A stretch of 32,000 bases of DNA from Planctopirus limnophila DSM 3776 (GTDB lineage: Bacteria; Planctomycetota; Planctomycetia; Planctomycetales; Planctomycetaceae): positions 1,830,001-1,862,000 of the forward strand of contig NC_014148.1 in assembly GCF_000092105.1 (NCBI RefSeq). The letters are read 5' to 3'. The first letter of the stretch is position 1, and each line of letters starts with the position of its first letter. A program made the translations under genes and the position numbers. A model generated the notes under the pieces. It was not told where the DNA came from. It searched no databases and saw only the letters and a list, made by a program, of their open reading frames with translations. Shown here one piece after another: positions 10,161 to 19,843 of this stretch.

Positions 10161-10742
10161 ATGATTTTTGAAAAGGGCATGCTCGATCTGTCGAAGCAGG
10201 CGCCCCGTTTGCTCCCATCAACTGAACTGCCTGCTTACACCTTCATTCCGGGAAGTGATGCTCCGCATCCCTATCGCGACCCCCGCGGACACAGTTACCA
10301 GAAGCGTCATCCCCCCTCGCGTCCATTGATTCCTGCATCGTGGGCTGAGAATCGCAATTATCTGCTGGCCATGGATTACTTCAACTACGGCTACTACTGG
10401 GAATCTCACGAAGAGTGGGAACGCCTGTGGCGAGTTTCAACACCTGATTCGCTGGTTGGTCGATTCCTGAAGGGGCTCGTCAAGCTGGCTGCTGCGGGTG
10501 TCAAGGTGCGTGAAAACAGTATTCATGGCGTTCGCCGGCATTCCGCTTCGGCCGGTGAAATCTTCGCTGATGTGGCTGCTGAAGTTGATGCAGAGTTCTT
10601 CTGCGGACTGGAATTCACGGTTCTCCAATTTGCTTCGGATCGTGCTGCCCAGTTGGGCTTCCGCGAGAAAGTTGTGGGTTCGACGCCTGTTCGAATTTTC
10701 CCATTCGTCCTTGTTCCGGAACCCATGCCCCTGGCTGGCTGA
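10161..10742 (+). CDS. DUF309 domain-containing protein
   Basis: Contains [18 protein letters not shown], the DUF309 signature (F-N-x-G-x-Y-W-E-x-H-E-x-W-E). The start is either ATG 10161 or GTG 10155. Confidence 0.75.
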   Translation: MIFEKGMLDLSKQAPRLLPSTELPAYTFIPGSDAPHPYRDPRGHSYQKRHPPSRPLIPASWAENRNYLLAMDYFNYGYYWESHEEWERLWRVSTPDSLVGRFLKGLVKLAAAGVKVRENSIHGVRRHSASAGEIFADVAAEVDAEFFCGLEFTVLQFASDRAAQLGFREKVVGSTPVRIFPFVLVPEPMPLAG

Positions 10743-10790
10743 TTACTGAACTCGCTGATCTAAAAGTTGAGACAAGTCGCTGCTCATGCC

Positions 10791-10836
10791 AACACCCATG
10801 AAGAGTCGAAGGACTCGACATGGGTGTTTGTTTTAA
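10791..10836 (+). terminator. Intrinsic terminator between convergent genes
   Basis: Perfect 10-bp stem AACACCCATG (10791-10800) / CATGGGTGTT (10819-10828). It encloses a second 5-bp stem GAGTC/GACTC with a GAAG loop, followed by TGTTTTAATT. The T-tract overlaps the stop codon (10835-10833) of the minus-strand gene. Confidence 0.7.
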
Positions 10837-13800
10837 TTGGCAACACCTTCTGTGACAGTTTTCGTCACTTTGGAAGCTCTTAAGTTCTGTAGGAACGTCA
10901 TGAGGTCGGCAAACTCTTGTGCTGTGAGCGGCTGCTCGAGCCCGTTGGGCATTGCGGAAACCCTGCCCACAGCGACTTCTTCGATTTCGTTGCGTCGAAT
11001 CATCTTTTCGACGGGTTTATTGTCCTGAATCGTGGTGAGGATGAACTCCTCTGTCGTTTCTTTCCCTGCCAAACCTGTCCAGACTCGTCCGTCCTGTAAG
11101 GTAACAACAATCGGTTCGAACCCCCGGGCAAAACTCGCACTGGGAAAAAGAATCGCTTCGAGAAGTTCACGCCGGGTGCGAATTTCGCCAATGGCAGCAA
11201 GATCAGGCCCGATCTTCGCTGGAGAGTTCACTTTATCCTGGGAATCTGTTACGTGACACAAATGGCATTGAGCCTTGTTCATAAAGAGCAATCGACCTCG
11301 CTCGCTGTCACCCTTATGTCCCTCGATTCGCTGTTCCCATTCGTTCAGTCGAATGAGTTGGTCATTCTTCAATTTTCTCAGTCGCTCAAGAAGAGGTGCC
11401 GCATCACGTTGTACTTCCTCTCCGTGTGGTTTCAGAATTTGCTCAATCATGTCGAGTGTTGGAGTGGCTGAAGAGACTTCAAGGGCCTCAACTAACTGTT
11501 CGATTATCTCTTTGTTCGTGCAATTCACATAGGCAGCCAATAGATAGGGCAACTCCACCGGATTGGCAACTTTCACGAATGGAAGCAATTGAGACAATCG
11601 CTGTTCATCGTGTGTAGTATTGGCAATAACGTCGAGTGCCGTGATGCGTTCCCGGATGGGTGTCTCAGCCGAAAGTCTTGAAACGAGATACTCAAATTCA
11701 GAGTCACTGAGTCTCTTGTCGAGAGTCGTTAATGTTCGTAGCGCTTTCAGTCGAAGTTGTGGCTCCCTGGCAGGTTCTTGAGCTATCCGGCGTATTGATC
11801 TCTCCAAAGGTAGCAGCGAAAGTTTCCCGACCGCATCAAGCGCTGCCATGCATATCTCTGTATCCTCCGCTGCGAGCGACTCCTCAATTCCGTTAAGCCA
11901 TCCTTGAGGTATGTTCGCTTTTTCAAGTTTTGAAACGGCAATAAGCAGTGCTCGACGTGATGTTTTCGAGCGCAACTGCTGTTCTTGAAAATTCCGGCTG
12001 ATGGTTTCCTGCATTTGTGGCTCATGCTGAAGTGTGCGCACAAATCCTGCGATGATCTGGACTCGATCTTCATTGATCTGGTCACTTTTGAACCATTCAT
12101 CAATCAGCGCGATGGATTCAGCAGTCCATTGGGGATGTCGTGATAAAACCTGGATGGCCGCCTGTCTGAGAGGTGTATTGCCAGAACTTAAAAGTGGCGT
12201 CAGATCTTTCGCATCAAGTATTGTTAATGGCATTTGATCGAGTGCGATCAGAGTGATTCGCTGCACATCCGCAGAATGAGACAACAAGCCGGCACGAGTC
12301 GATTCTGCATGATTGATCTGGATGAGCGCAAAGGTAATGGCATGCTCCAGAAATCGATCAGCAGTCACCCGTTGTGAAACTTGTTGTGGTTCTAGGCTTT
12401 TGAGAAGAGCCGGGATGGATTCCTTCTGTTGAAGTCTGCCCAGGGCATTGGCAGCTTCTCGTCGAACTCCTGATGATTCATCAACGAGTAGCGCTTCCAG
12501 CGTTTGACGTGCCGATCGATCACGGTGAAGACCTGCCGAGTAGGCAGCTGCTTGTCGTACACTGTGGCTGGGATCTCTGAAGGCCAGCCGAGTCGCTGCC
12601 CGTGCCGCATTGTCATCCATGCGGCAAAGCGCCCAAACCGCTCCTGTTCGCTGCCTGAAACTGGATTGTGGCGATGTCAGAAGAGTTGCCAAGGCGTCGG
12701 TCATCCGTTGTTCTCGTCGAGCCACTTCGATGATGGCACGCTCCTGCACCATGACCCGCGAATCATCAAGCCGAGCCAACAGATCGTCAGTAGGTAAAGA
12801 CTTCCATGGAATGAGATTGCCATAGGGATCCTGAACCTTCGTCGCGGCATTGCGAAGGATTCGAAAAATTGATCCTTTGACTGTTGGCTGGCTCGAACCG
12901 GAGGCAGGGCAACAGGCAATAAACCAACCTCCCGTATCGACAATCAACAGACTTCCATCAGCATCTTCCAGAACATCAGTGAAATGAACGGTTCCTTGTG
13001 GTGCTGTGATAAACTCTTCCGTTTCGCAACGATATGTTGCACTTTCAGCCTTGAGTCGATGACGCAGAATCTTGCCTGTATTAAAGTGTGAAGAAAACAG
13101 GTTCTCTTGAAACTCGTCTCCCCAGGAGGAGCTCCGATAACTCGTCAAGCCACTGGGGGCTGTCGCCGTTAGAGGGACAAGTGCGGGAAGATAATCCCCG
13201 GTTCGTATTCGGTCGGAATAGTCGCGATCTCGAACCGAGTACTCACCGCCTGCGACAGCGTGAATCAGGCCATCCCTCAGTCCACCGGGCGCTGAGGATT
13301 TCGCCCAGAATGTCCCCTGAATAAATGAATCACCATTGGGGAGAAAAGCCACTTCGACGGGATTTCCTACTGCACCAGAGACAAACTCGACATCACTTCC
13401 ATCCGGTCGGCAGCGCATCAGCCACGGGCCAACACCATCTCGTAGAGGCGTACCGTCCTTCAGGCGGACTTTATGGTGAAATCGACCAGGTAAAAAATAG
13501 ATTCGACCATCTGGCCCCACAGTCGTGCCATGCAGATCATCAGTACAACTTTGATTGAAAGCAAATCCAGTCACGAGCTCTACACGCTGATCGGCAATTC
13601 CGTCGCCAGTGGTATCTTCAAACCTCCAGAGGCTGGGTGGAGATGTGATGAATACGGCTCCATCGTGGCAGGCAATCCCTGTGCCAAACACGATTTTATC
13701 AGCAAAAATTGTGCTTTGATCGTAGATACCGTCGCCATTGGTATCCGTCAGGCGACGAATGACATCGGTGGGGTTTTTCAATCGATCTCCACCATTCGAT

Positions 13801-14009
13801 CCACCCGAATCAAGAACATAGAGATGTCCTGACTGATCAAGTGCTGCAAACATTGGGCGTTCGACGAGCGGAAAACTGGCCGCCTGTCGAATGTCAAAGC
13901 CTTCGGGCACTGTGATGGAATAGCGTTCGGATTCAGCCCAGGCCGGTTGAATCATCAGAAGAACTGTCAGGCACGGTGCCAGAAGAACGTCAAACTCTAT
14001 GCGCTGCAT
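10833..14009 (-). CDS. PVC-type multidomain protein: N-terminal 'membrane-bound dehydrogenase'-like beta-propeller, HEAT repeats, and a C-terminal c-type heme-binding domain
   Basis: 1058 aa with signal peptide ...LLMIQPAWAESE. The propeller region contains ...DADGSLLIVDTGGWF... HEAT/PBS-like repeats are present (VRQAAAYSAGL, VRREAANALGRL). The C-terminal domain has GRLLFMNKAQCHLCH...GPDLAAIG...LLEAILFPSA...VSAMPNGL...LTAQEFADLMTFL. This matches the Pirellula/Verrucomicrobium-type heme-binding domain architecture. Confidence 0.85.
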   Translation of the reverse strand: MQRIEFDVLLAPCLTVLLMIQPAWAESERYSITVPEGFDIRQAASFPLVERPMFAALDQSGHLYVLDSGGSNGGDRLKNPTDVIRRLTDTNGDGIYDQSTIFADKIVFGTGIACHDGAVFITSPPSLWRFEDTTGDGIADQRVELVTGFAFNQSCTDDLHGTTVGPDGRIYFLPGRFHHKVRLKDGTPLRDGVGPWLMRCRPDGSDVEFVSGAVGNPVEVAFLPNGDSFIQGTFWAKSSAPGGLRDGLIHAVAGGEYSVRDRDYSDRIRTGDYLPALVPLTATAPSGLTSYRSSSWGDEFQENLFSSHFNTGKILRHRLKAESATYRCETEEFITAPQGTVHFTDVLEDADGSLLIVDTGGWFIACCPASGSSQPTVKGSIFRILRNAATKVQDPYGNLIPWKSLPTDDLLARLDDSRVMVQERAIIEVARREQRMTDALATLLTSPQSSFRQRTGAVWALCRMDDNAARAATRLAFRDPSHSVRQAAAYSAGLHRDRSARQTLEALLVDESSGVRREAANALGRLQQKESIPALLKSLEPQQVSQRVTADRFLEHAITFALIQINHAESTRAGLLSHSADVQRITLIALDQMPLTILDAKDLTPLLSSGNTPLRQAAIQVLSRHPQWTAESIALIDEWFKSDQINEDRVQIIAGFVRTLQHEPQMQETISRNFQEQQLRSKTSRRALLIAVSKLEKANIPQGWLNGIEESLAAEDTEICMAALDAVGKLSLLPLERSIRRIAQEPAREPQLRLKALRTLTTLDKRLSDSEFEYLVSRLSAETPIRERITALDVIANTTHDEQRLSQLLPFVKVANPVELPYLLAAYVNCTNKEIIEQLVEALEVSSATPTLDMIEQILKPHGEEVQRDAAPLLERLRKLKNDQLIRLNEWEQRIEGHKGDSERGRLLFMNKAQCHLCHVTDSQDKVNSPAKIGPDLAAIGEIRTRRELLEAILFPSASFARGFEPIVVTLQDGRVWTGLAGKETTEEFILTTIQDNKPVEKMIRRNEIEEVAVGRVSAMPNGLEQPLTAQEFADLMTFLQNLRASKVTKTVTEGVAN

Positions 14010-14446
14010 CGATAGGCCGCTTTCATTGAAGACATTGAAAACGAGTATTGAAATGAAAAAGGATGTCGTATCATTGAGTTCTACTATGGCCAGTACTCAG
14101 GGTGAGTAAAGATGTTGTATATATCTACTAATCGATTGTTTCGAACCAAAGGTGGAGAAACATTCTTGATATCCTATATTTCTGGTTCATCGATTGTCTG
14201 TCAAAGTTAAGCCAAAGTCGGTTGACTCAACCAGAACTCGTTGAGCCCAAAGCTCCCTGTTCTCGCAAGAAGCGATCGTACCTTGAGGTATTTCCCTCAG
14301 GTTCAGCATGATCCCCCAGAAATCAGGAGGATTACAGACTAGTGGATAAGTATTTCCCGATGTGATCTGCAAAATTGAAAAAAACAGATTGAAATTGGAG
14401 AAAAATCGCCACATTGTATTTTGCGTGGTGAAAACAATTCGGCTCC

Positions 14447-15730
14447 ATGACGAACCTTTCGAGATTTGCCCAAATGCTGTTTGTCAGAATTTTGCTGTGC
14501 CAGCTTGCGTTGATGGCTGTCAGTTCATGGACACTTCAGATTGCCTGCGCGGAAGGGAAGCCACTGAAAGTGTTTATTCTTGCGGGGCAATCCAATATGG
14601 AGGGGCACGCACGCGTTGAAACTTTCGACTACATCGGTGACGACCCTGTCACGCTGCCGCTGTTGAAGAAAATGCGTGGCGCTGATGGCAAACCTGTGGT
14701 TTGTGAAGGAGTGTGGATTTCCTACTTCACAGGGAGTGGCGACAAGAACGGAGAAGGCTTTGGCCCTTTGACTGCGGGGTATGGATCTCGCCGCAATCCT
14801 CAAGAGGATGGTGGAAAAATCGGGCCTGAGTTCACTTTCGGGATCGCCATGGATGCCGCTTTTGAGGAGCCCGTCCTCCTAATCAAAACGGCCTGGGGTG
14901 GAAAAAGTCTCAATACCGATTTTCGTCCGCCAAGTGCCGGCCCCTACGTCTTTAATGAAAAGCAGCTCAGCGATTTCCGCAAGCAAGGCAAAGATATTGA
15001 ATCGATTCAGAAGGCAAAAGCCGAAGAGACAGGGCACTACTATCGCTTGATGGTCGATCATGTGAAGCACGTATTGAGTGATATTCCACGTGTCTGCCCG
15101 CAGTACGATGAGAAGCAGGGGTATGAACTCTCCGGTTTTGTCTGGATGCAGGGTTGGAATGACCTCGTTGATACCGGAACCTACCCCAATAGATCAGAGC
15201 CAAATGGATATGCTGCTTATAGTGAGGTAATGGCACATTTTATTCGCGATGTCCGCAAGGATCTCAATGCTCCACAGATGCCATTTGTGATTGGTGTCCT
15301 GGGAGTCGATGGTGGAAAACGCAATCTTCAAACCGCAAACTTTCGTGCGGCCATGGCTGCACCAGCCATGCTTCCTGAGTTTCGTGGAAACGTTGCTGCT
15401 GTTGAGACCGCTCCTTATTGGGCGGAAGAGCTGGGAGCAATCGCTCAGAAGTACGATCAAGTGCGGCAGATGAATTATTTCCTGAATTCAAAGCATAAAG
15501 ATCATGCCAATGCAGATGGTTCGATGACGGAAGAGCAGAAGCGGGCATATCTCAAGCAGTACGAAGAGAAACTGATTTCCCCAGCAGAGGTGACTCTATG
15601 GAAACGGGGTGCCTCCAATGCCGGGTATCATTACCTGGGCTGTGCGAAGACGTTTGCTCAAATCGGCAATGCATTTGCGGAGGCCAATCTGAAGTTACTG
15701 AATGAGGAAAATCGTAAGTCGTCGCGATAG
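14447..15730 (+). CDS. Secreted sialate O-acetylesterase-like carbohydrate esterase (DUF303 / SGNH-type)
   Basis: 427 aa with a signal-like N-terminus. It has the hallmark KVFILAGQSNMEGH motif plus LIKTAWGGKSL and FVWMQGWND, as in the 9-O-acetylesterase/DUF303 family. Confidence 0.8.
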   Translation: MTNLSRFAQMLFVRILLCQLALMAVSSWTLQIACAEGKPLKVFILAGQSNMEGHARVETFDYIGDDPVTLPLLKKMRGADGKPVVCEGVWISYFTGSGDKNGEGFGPLTAGYGSRRNPQEDGGKIGPEFTFGIAMDAAFEEPVLLIKTAWGGKSLNTDFRPPSAGPYVFNEKQLSDFRKQGKDIESIQKAKAEETGHYYRLMVDHVKHVLSDIPRVCPQYDEKQGYELSGFVWMQGWNDLVDTGTYPNRSEPNGYAAYSEVMAHFIRDVRKDLNAPQMPFVIGVLGVDGGKRNLQTANFRAAMAAPAMLPEFRGNVAAVETAPYWAEELGAIAQKYDQVRQMNYFLNSKHKDHANADGSMTEEQKRAYLKQYEEKLISPAEVTLWKRGASNAGYHYLGCAKTFAQIGNAFAEANLKLLNEENRKSSR

Positions 15731-15790
15731 TGGATGAGTTTGAAGTATTTGTGTCGATGTATGGTGTGTTAGTGAATCGGAATTCTCAAG

Positions 15791-18277
15791 GTGGGGCAAT
15801 TCGAGGTGATCGGATCAAAGAATGGCACTCAATTGTTAAAGACCCATCAGCAGGTATCATGGCGCTTCATTTTTGTAAATCTCATCGTGTTATGGGCTAT
15901 GCAATGGGGTGCTGCTAAGCCTGCCTTATCGGCCGAAACCGAGAGTGCAGCCTGGCCTGGCCTGCATCCACTTACTGCAGCACAAGTGGGTAGTCTGCTG
16001 ATTCATGAGTTGAAGTGCGGAGCCTGTCATACTGGGGTTGAGAGCGGAAGGATCTCCGAAAAGACCGCTCCCGATTTGACGAACGTGGGGGGGCGAGTCT
16101 CCCCAAAGTATCTCCAGGAGTTCATCGCACATCCCGCTCAAAAGCATCCCGGGACAACGATGCCTGATCTCCTGGCATCGCGACCTGAAACTGATCGCAC
16201 AGCGATCGCAGAGGCTATTACCCAATTTCTGGTGGATCAATCCAAAGAAAAGTCTCTGCCAGCAGCAGGCAGCCAGTTCGATCAACTGCGTGGAAAAACT
16301 CTCTATCACTCCATAGGTTGTGTTGCCTGTCATGGCCCTCGGGAGGTCTTCGAGCAAGTCTCTGAGAAACCGAAGGAAACGGATGACGATTTCGATGATG
16401 AGCCCGAAGATCATCGTGAAAAGCGAGTCCAGCCAGTCGCTTTCGGTCTTGATCATGTCCGAGAGAAATACAACGTCGCTTCGCTGAGTCAATTCCTGTT
16501 TGCACCGCTGCATGTTCGTCAGTCAGGGCGCATGCCTGATATGAAACTGAAACCCGACGAAGCTTTGTCGATAGCGGCCTATCTGGTCGGAGATAGTAAG
16601 GTCGACGAATCGTTAAAAACCGACGAACGTCTGGTGCACCGTGGACGACAATATTTTCAAGAGCTGAATTGTGCGGCTTGTCACTCTCTCCCTGGTATCA
16701 CTGCAGCCAAGCGAGTGAATCGTCTATCAGAAACCAGCCTTTCCCGTGGTTGTTTGACGGGCAAGGGCGGGAAATCTCCACGATATGCTGTGAGTCGGGA
16801 GCAGCGTCTTGCCATGGAGTTGTTCATCAAGGAGTCTACAAAAAGCGATTCTCCTCCTGTCATTGATACGGATCAGGTCGCCATTGCAAAGACACTTGCG
16901 ACATTTCACTGCATTGCGTGCCATACCCGCGATGATTTCGGAGGGGTACCTGATATCTACAATATGTTTTTCACGGGGAACGACTTGAAGCTGGGGGACG
17001 ATGGGCGGATTCCACCGCCACTCACTCATGTGGGTGCAAAGTTACGGCCTGCCTGGCTCAAAAAAGTCCTTTTCGATGGTGAGAGTGTGCGTCCTTATAT
17101 GGTGACCCGCATGCCTCAGTATGGAGAGCTGAATATCGGCCATTTGCCCGAGATGTTTGCCAGTGTGGATCATCTTCAAGGGAAAGACCTCACGATTCCT
17201 GATGTCGAGGGAGCTAAGCCACAGGACCGAGAACGGGAGAAACTTTTGCGACAGGCTGGTCGGGAGTTGTTAGGAGATAAAGGTCTCAACTGTATTGCCT
17301 GCCACAGCTTTAATGGACGATCTTCTCAGGGAAGCCAGGGAATTGATCTGCTCACAAGTTATCAGCGGCTCCAGCCACAGTATTTTGATAGCTATTTAAG
17401 AAATCCAGGCTCCTTTCGTCCTCGAACCGTCATGCCTACGGCGTGGCCGAATGGAGTTGCGACGTTTACCACCATTCTTGACGGAGAGACAGACCACCAG
17501 ATTGAAGCGATCTGGTACTATTTGTCACTGGGAACCTCTGCCGCGGACCCATCAGGTTTGCGAAGTGTTAACACAAAGTTGGTTGTGGATGGTTCAAAGG
17601 CCCAGATTCATCGTGGCAGGAGTCGTATCGCCGGTTATCGCGGCATTGCTGTCGGCTTGCCAGAAAGGTGGAACTACGCATTCAATGCAGAAACAGGGAC
17701 GATTTCCGGAATCTGGAAAGGGGACTATATTCAGGTGAACTGGAGTGGCCAGGGATCGGGTGATTTTCAACCTGCGACTGAAGCCGTCACCCTCCCGCAG
17801 GATGTCTCTTTTCTGCAATTCGAAGGCGAACCAACTGTCTGGCCCAGAATGCCTGTCATGACGAAAGAGGCTCGCACAAACCCTGATCCACTCTATCCGA
17901 AGAACGTCGGTTATCAATTTCGAGGCTATACTTTAGATGAAGATCACATTCCTACATTCTCATATCGATCTGGTGCCGTTGATATCTTTGATCGCACACA
18001 GATACTGGGAGATCCTGGTAACGAACGCTTGCAGCGGATCTTCCGGTTTGAATCGCCGACGACTCAAACGTTGTGGTTTCGCGGGTTGGCAGGGAAAATC
18101 ACCAAGGAGGATTCGCAAACCTTTCGTTTGGGAAACCTTCGATTGTCTATTCCTGAGATCCCATTCCGACTGCGAGAAATACCAGATCAAGCCGGCGAAG
18201 TCGAACTCCTGATACCACTTCAAATTTCTCAAGGCCAATCGACTTTGGAGGTGAATTATGAATTACTTTCAAAGTAG
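15791..18277 (+). CDS. Membrane-anchored or secreted multiheme c-type cytochrome (5 CxxCH) with an uncharacterised C-terminal domain
   Basis: 828-aa ORF with five heme-binding motifs: CGACH, CVACH, CAACH, CIACH, CIACH. Hydrophobic N-terminal segment WRFIFVNLIVLWAMQWGAA. The ~250-aa C-terminal region has no motif I recognise. The start is a GTG and uncertain. It lies 60 nt after the esterase gene. Confidence 0.8.
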   Translation: MGQFEVIGSKNGTQLLKTHQQVSWRFIFVNLIVLWAMQWGAAKPALSAETESAAWPGLHPLTAAQVGSLLIHELKCGACHTGVESGRISEKTAPDLTNVGGRVSPKYLQEFIAHPAQKHPGTTMPDLLASRPETDRTAIAEAITQFLVDQSKEKSLPAAGSQFDQLRGKTLYHSIGCVACHGPREVFEQVSEKPKETDDDFDDEPEDHREKRVQPVAFGLDHVREKYNVASLSQFLFAPLHVRQSGRMPDMKLKPDEALSIAAYLVGDSKVDESLKTDERLVHRGRQYFQELNCAACHSLPGITAAKRVNRLSETSLSRGCLTGKGGKSPRYAVSREQRLAMELFIKESTKSDSPPVIDTDQVAIAKTLATFHCIACHTRDDFGGVPDIYNMFFTGNDLKLGDDGRIPPPLTHVGAKLRPAWLKKVLFDGESVRPYMVTRMPQYGELNIGHLPEMFASVDHLQGKDLTIPDVEGAKPQDREREKLLRQAGRELLGDKGLNCIACHSFNGRSSQGSQGIDLLTSYQRLQPQYFDSYLRNPGSFRPRTVMPTAWPNGVATFTTILDGETDHQIEAIWYYLSLGTSAADPSGLRSVNTKLVVDGSKAQIHRGRSRIAGYRGIAVGLPERWNYAFNAETGTISGIWKGDYIQVNWSGQGSGDFQPATEAVTLPQDVSFLQFEGEPTVWPRMPVMTKEARTNPDPLYPKNVGYQFRGYTLDEDHIPTFSYRSGAVDIFDRTQILGDPGNERLQRIFRFESPTTQTLWFRGLAGKITKEDSQTFRLGNLRLSIPEIPFRLREIPDQAGEVELLIPLQISQGQSTLEVNYELLSK

Positions 18278-19787
18278 TTCCTCGATGATTATCGTCGCTT
18301 TGTTGACGATCGGATTTTCATATGTTCACTCAGTTTCTGCAGAGGAAGTTGGTGAACGCTGGGGCACGGAAGAGCGAGAGCGGGCCTATTATCCCATTGT
18401 CAATATTCCACTCCCCAAAGAGACCGTTATCGAAGCCGGGGCCTTTGCGACACTACCTGATGGTCGTGTCGCCGTTGGAACACGCCATGGCGAGATCTAT
18501 ATCATTGACGGTATTGACGATGAAAAGCCGAATCCAAGGTTTCACCGTTTCGCCTCGGGGTTGGATGAAATTTTCGGGCTCTCTTGGAAAGACCAGTCTC
18601 TTCTCGTCACCCAAAGCTGCGAACTGACTCGTGTGAGTGATTCCGATGGCGATAGAATCGCTGATCGTTTTGAGACGATTTCTGATGCCTGGGGCTATGC
18701 GAATTATCACGAGTATGCATTTGGTTCGAAGCCGGATTCCGCGGGAAATCTGTTTATCGCTCTTGGACTTTCGGAGTCTTACCACTCTTATGCACTCAAT
18801 CGCGGTTTCATTATGAAGGTGGCTCCTGATGGAGCGACGACAGCTTTCGCCAGCGGTTTGCGAAGTCCCGGCGGAATTGGTCATGATGAGCATGGGGCAT
18901 TGTTTTATATTGAAAGTCAGGGTCCCTGGAACTGCTCATGCAGCTTGAAGGCGGTTACCAAGGGGAGCTTTCACGGGCATCCGGCGAGTTTTCCGTGGTA
19001 TAAGACGGCTCCAGAACTGGGCCCTGTCCCAGTGATGCCTACTTCTGGTACAAGAGTCGTTACTGAACGTCAACGCGTAGCACAACTTGCCCCCTACGCC
19101 GTGATTTTTCCGTATATTCGCATGGGCCGGTCGATTACCGCTTTCACGGTCAATCAGACTCGAGGAAAATTCGGCCCATTTGAAAACCAGTTATTTCTCG
19201 GTGACTACACACAATCAATCGTCATGCGGGCCACGACGGAACAGGTCAAAGGAGTATGGCAAGGAGCCTGCTATCCCTTCCGGGAAGGCTTATCGACGGG
19301 GATTCTCAGCGTCGAATTTACGCCTCAAGGCAAGCTGTTAACTGGTGGTACCAATCGCGGCTGGCCTGTTCGAGGTATCAAACCTTTCGCTTTGGAGCGA
19401 ATTGAGTGGAATGGGAAAATGCCATTCGAAATTGAACGGGTGACGATCGAGCCTGAAGGGTTCAAACTGACGTTTACAAAACCTCTTAGTCAAGAAGTCG
19501 GACAACTGCCAGAATCTTATAAAGTCTTCGGTTTCACGCATCCTTACCATGCTGGCTATGGAGGACCGGAAATCGAAAAACATCAGCCAATGATGCAATC
19601 AGTTGAAATTTCCCCAGACGGCAGTTCTGCGAAAATAAAAATTGATCGACTTCAACCTGGATTTGTGTATGAGTTAGATTGTTCAAGGCTACGTTCAATC
19701 GATGACGAATCTCTTCTTCATCACCATGCCTTTTATACAGTGAATGAAATCCCCGATAAGGTCGGTGATGTTGTGAATGGGAAATAG
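18258..19787 (+). CDS. Secreted beta-propeller protein related to the sugar-dehydrogenase/'membrane-bound dehydrogenase' fold
   Basis: GGAGG lies 6 nt upstream of ATG 18258. Signal peptide ...LLTIGFSYVHSVSAEE. Repeated propeller-like blades are present (GLRSPGGIGHDEHGALFYIESQGPW, DSDGDRIAD). It overlaps the upstream cytochrome gene by 20 nt, so it is likely translationally coupled. Confidence 0.7.
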   Translation: MNYFQSSSSMIIVALLTIGFSYVHSVSAEEVGERWGTEERERAYYPIVNIPLPKETVIEAGAFATLPDGRVAVGTRHGEIYIIDGIDDEKPNPRFHRFASGLDEIFGLSWKDQSLLVTQSCELTRVSDSDGDRIADRFETISDAWGYANYHEYAFGSKPDSAGNLFIALGLSESYHSYALNRGFIMKVAPDGATTAFASGLRSPGGIGHDEHGALFYIESQGPWNCSCSLKAVTKGSFHGHPASFPWYKTAPELGPVPVMPTSGTRVVTERQRVAQLAPYAVIFPYIRMGRSITAFTVNQTRGKFGPFENQLFLGDYTQSIVMRATTEQVKGVWQGACYPFREGLSTGILSVEFTPQGKLLTGGTNRGWPVRGIKPFALERIEWNGKMPFEIERVTIEPEGFKLTFTKPLSQEVGQLPESYKVFGFTHPYHAGYGGPEIEKHQPMMQSVEISPDGSSAKIKIDRLQPGFVYELDCSRLRSIDDESLLHHHAFYTVNEIPDKVGDVVNGK

Positions 19788-19843
19788 TCAAGCATTACCA
19801 TCTGGGAAATGTTCGGTAGAGTAACGGAGAATGATAAGTACGT

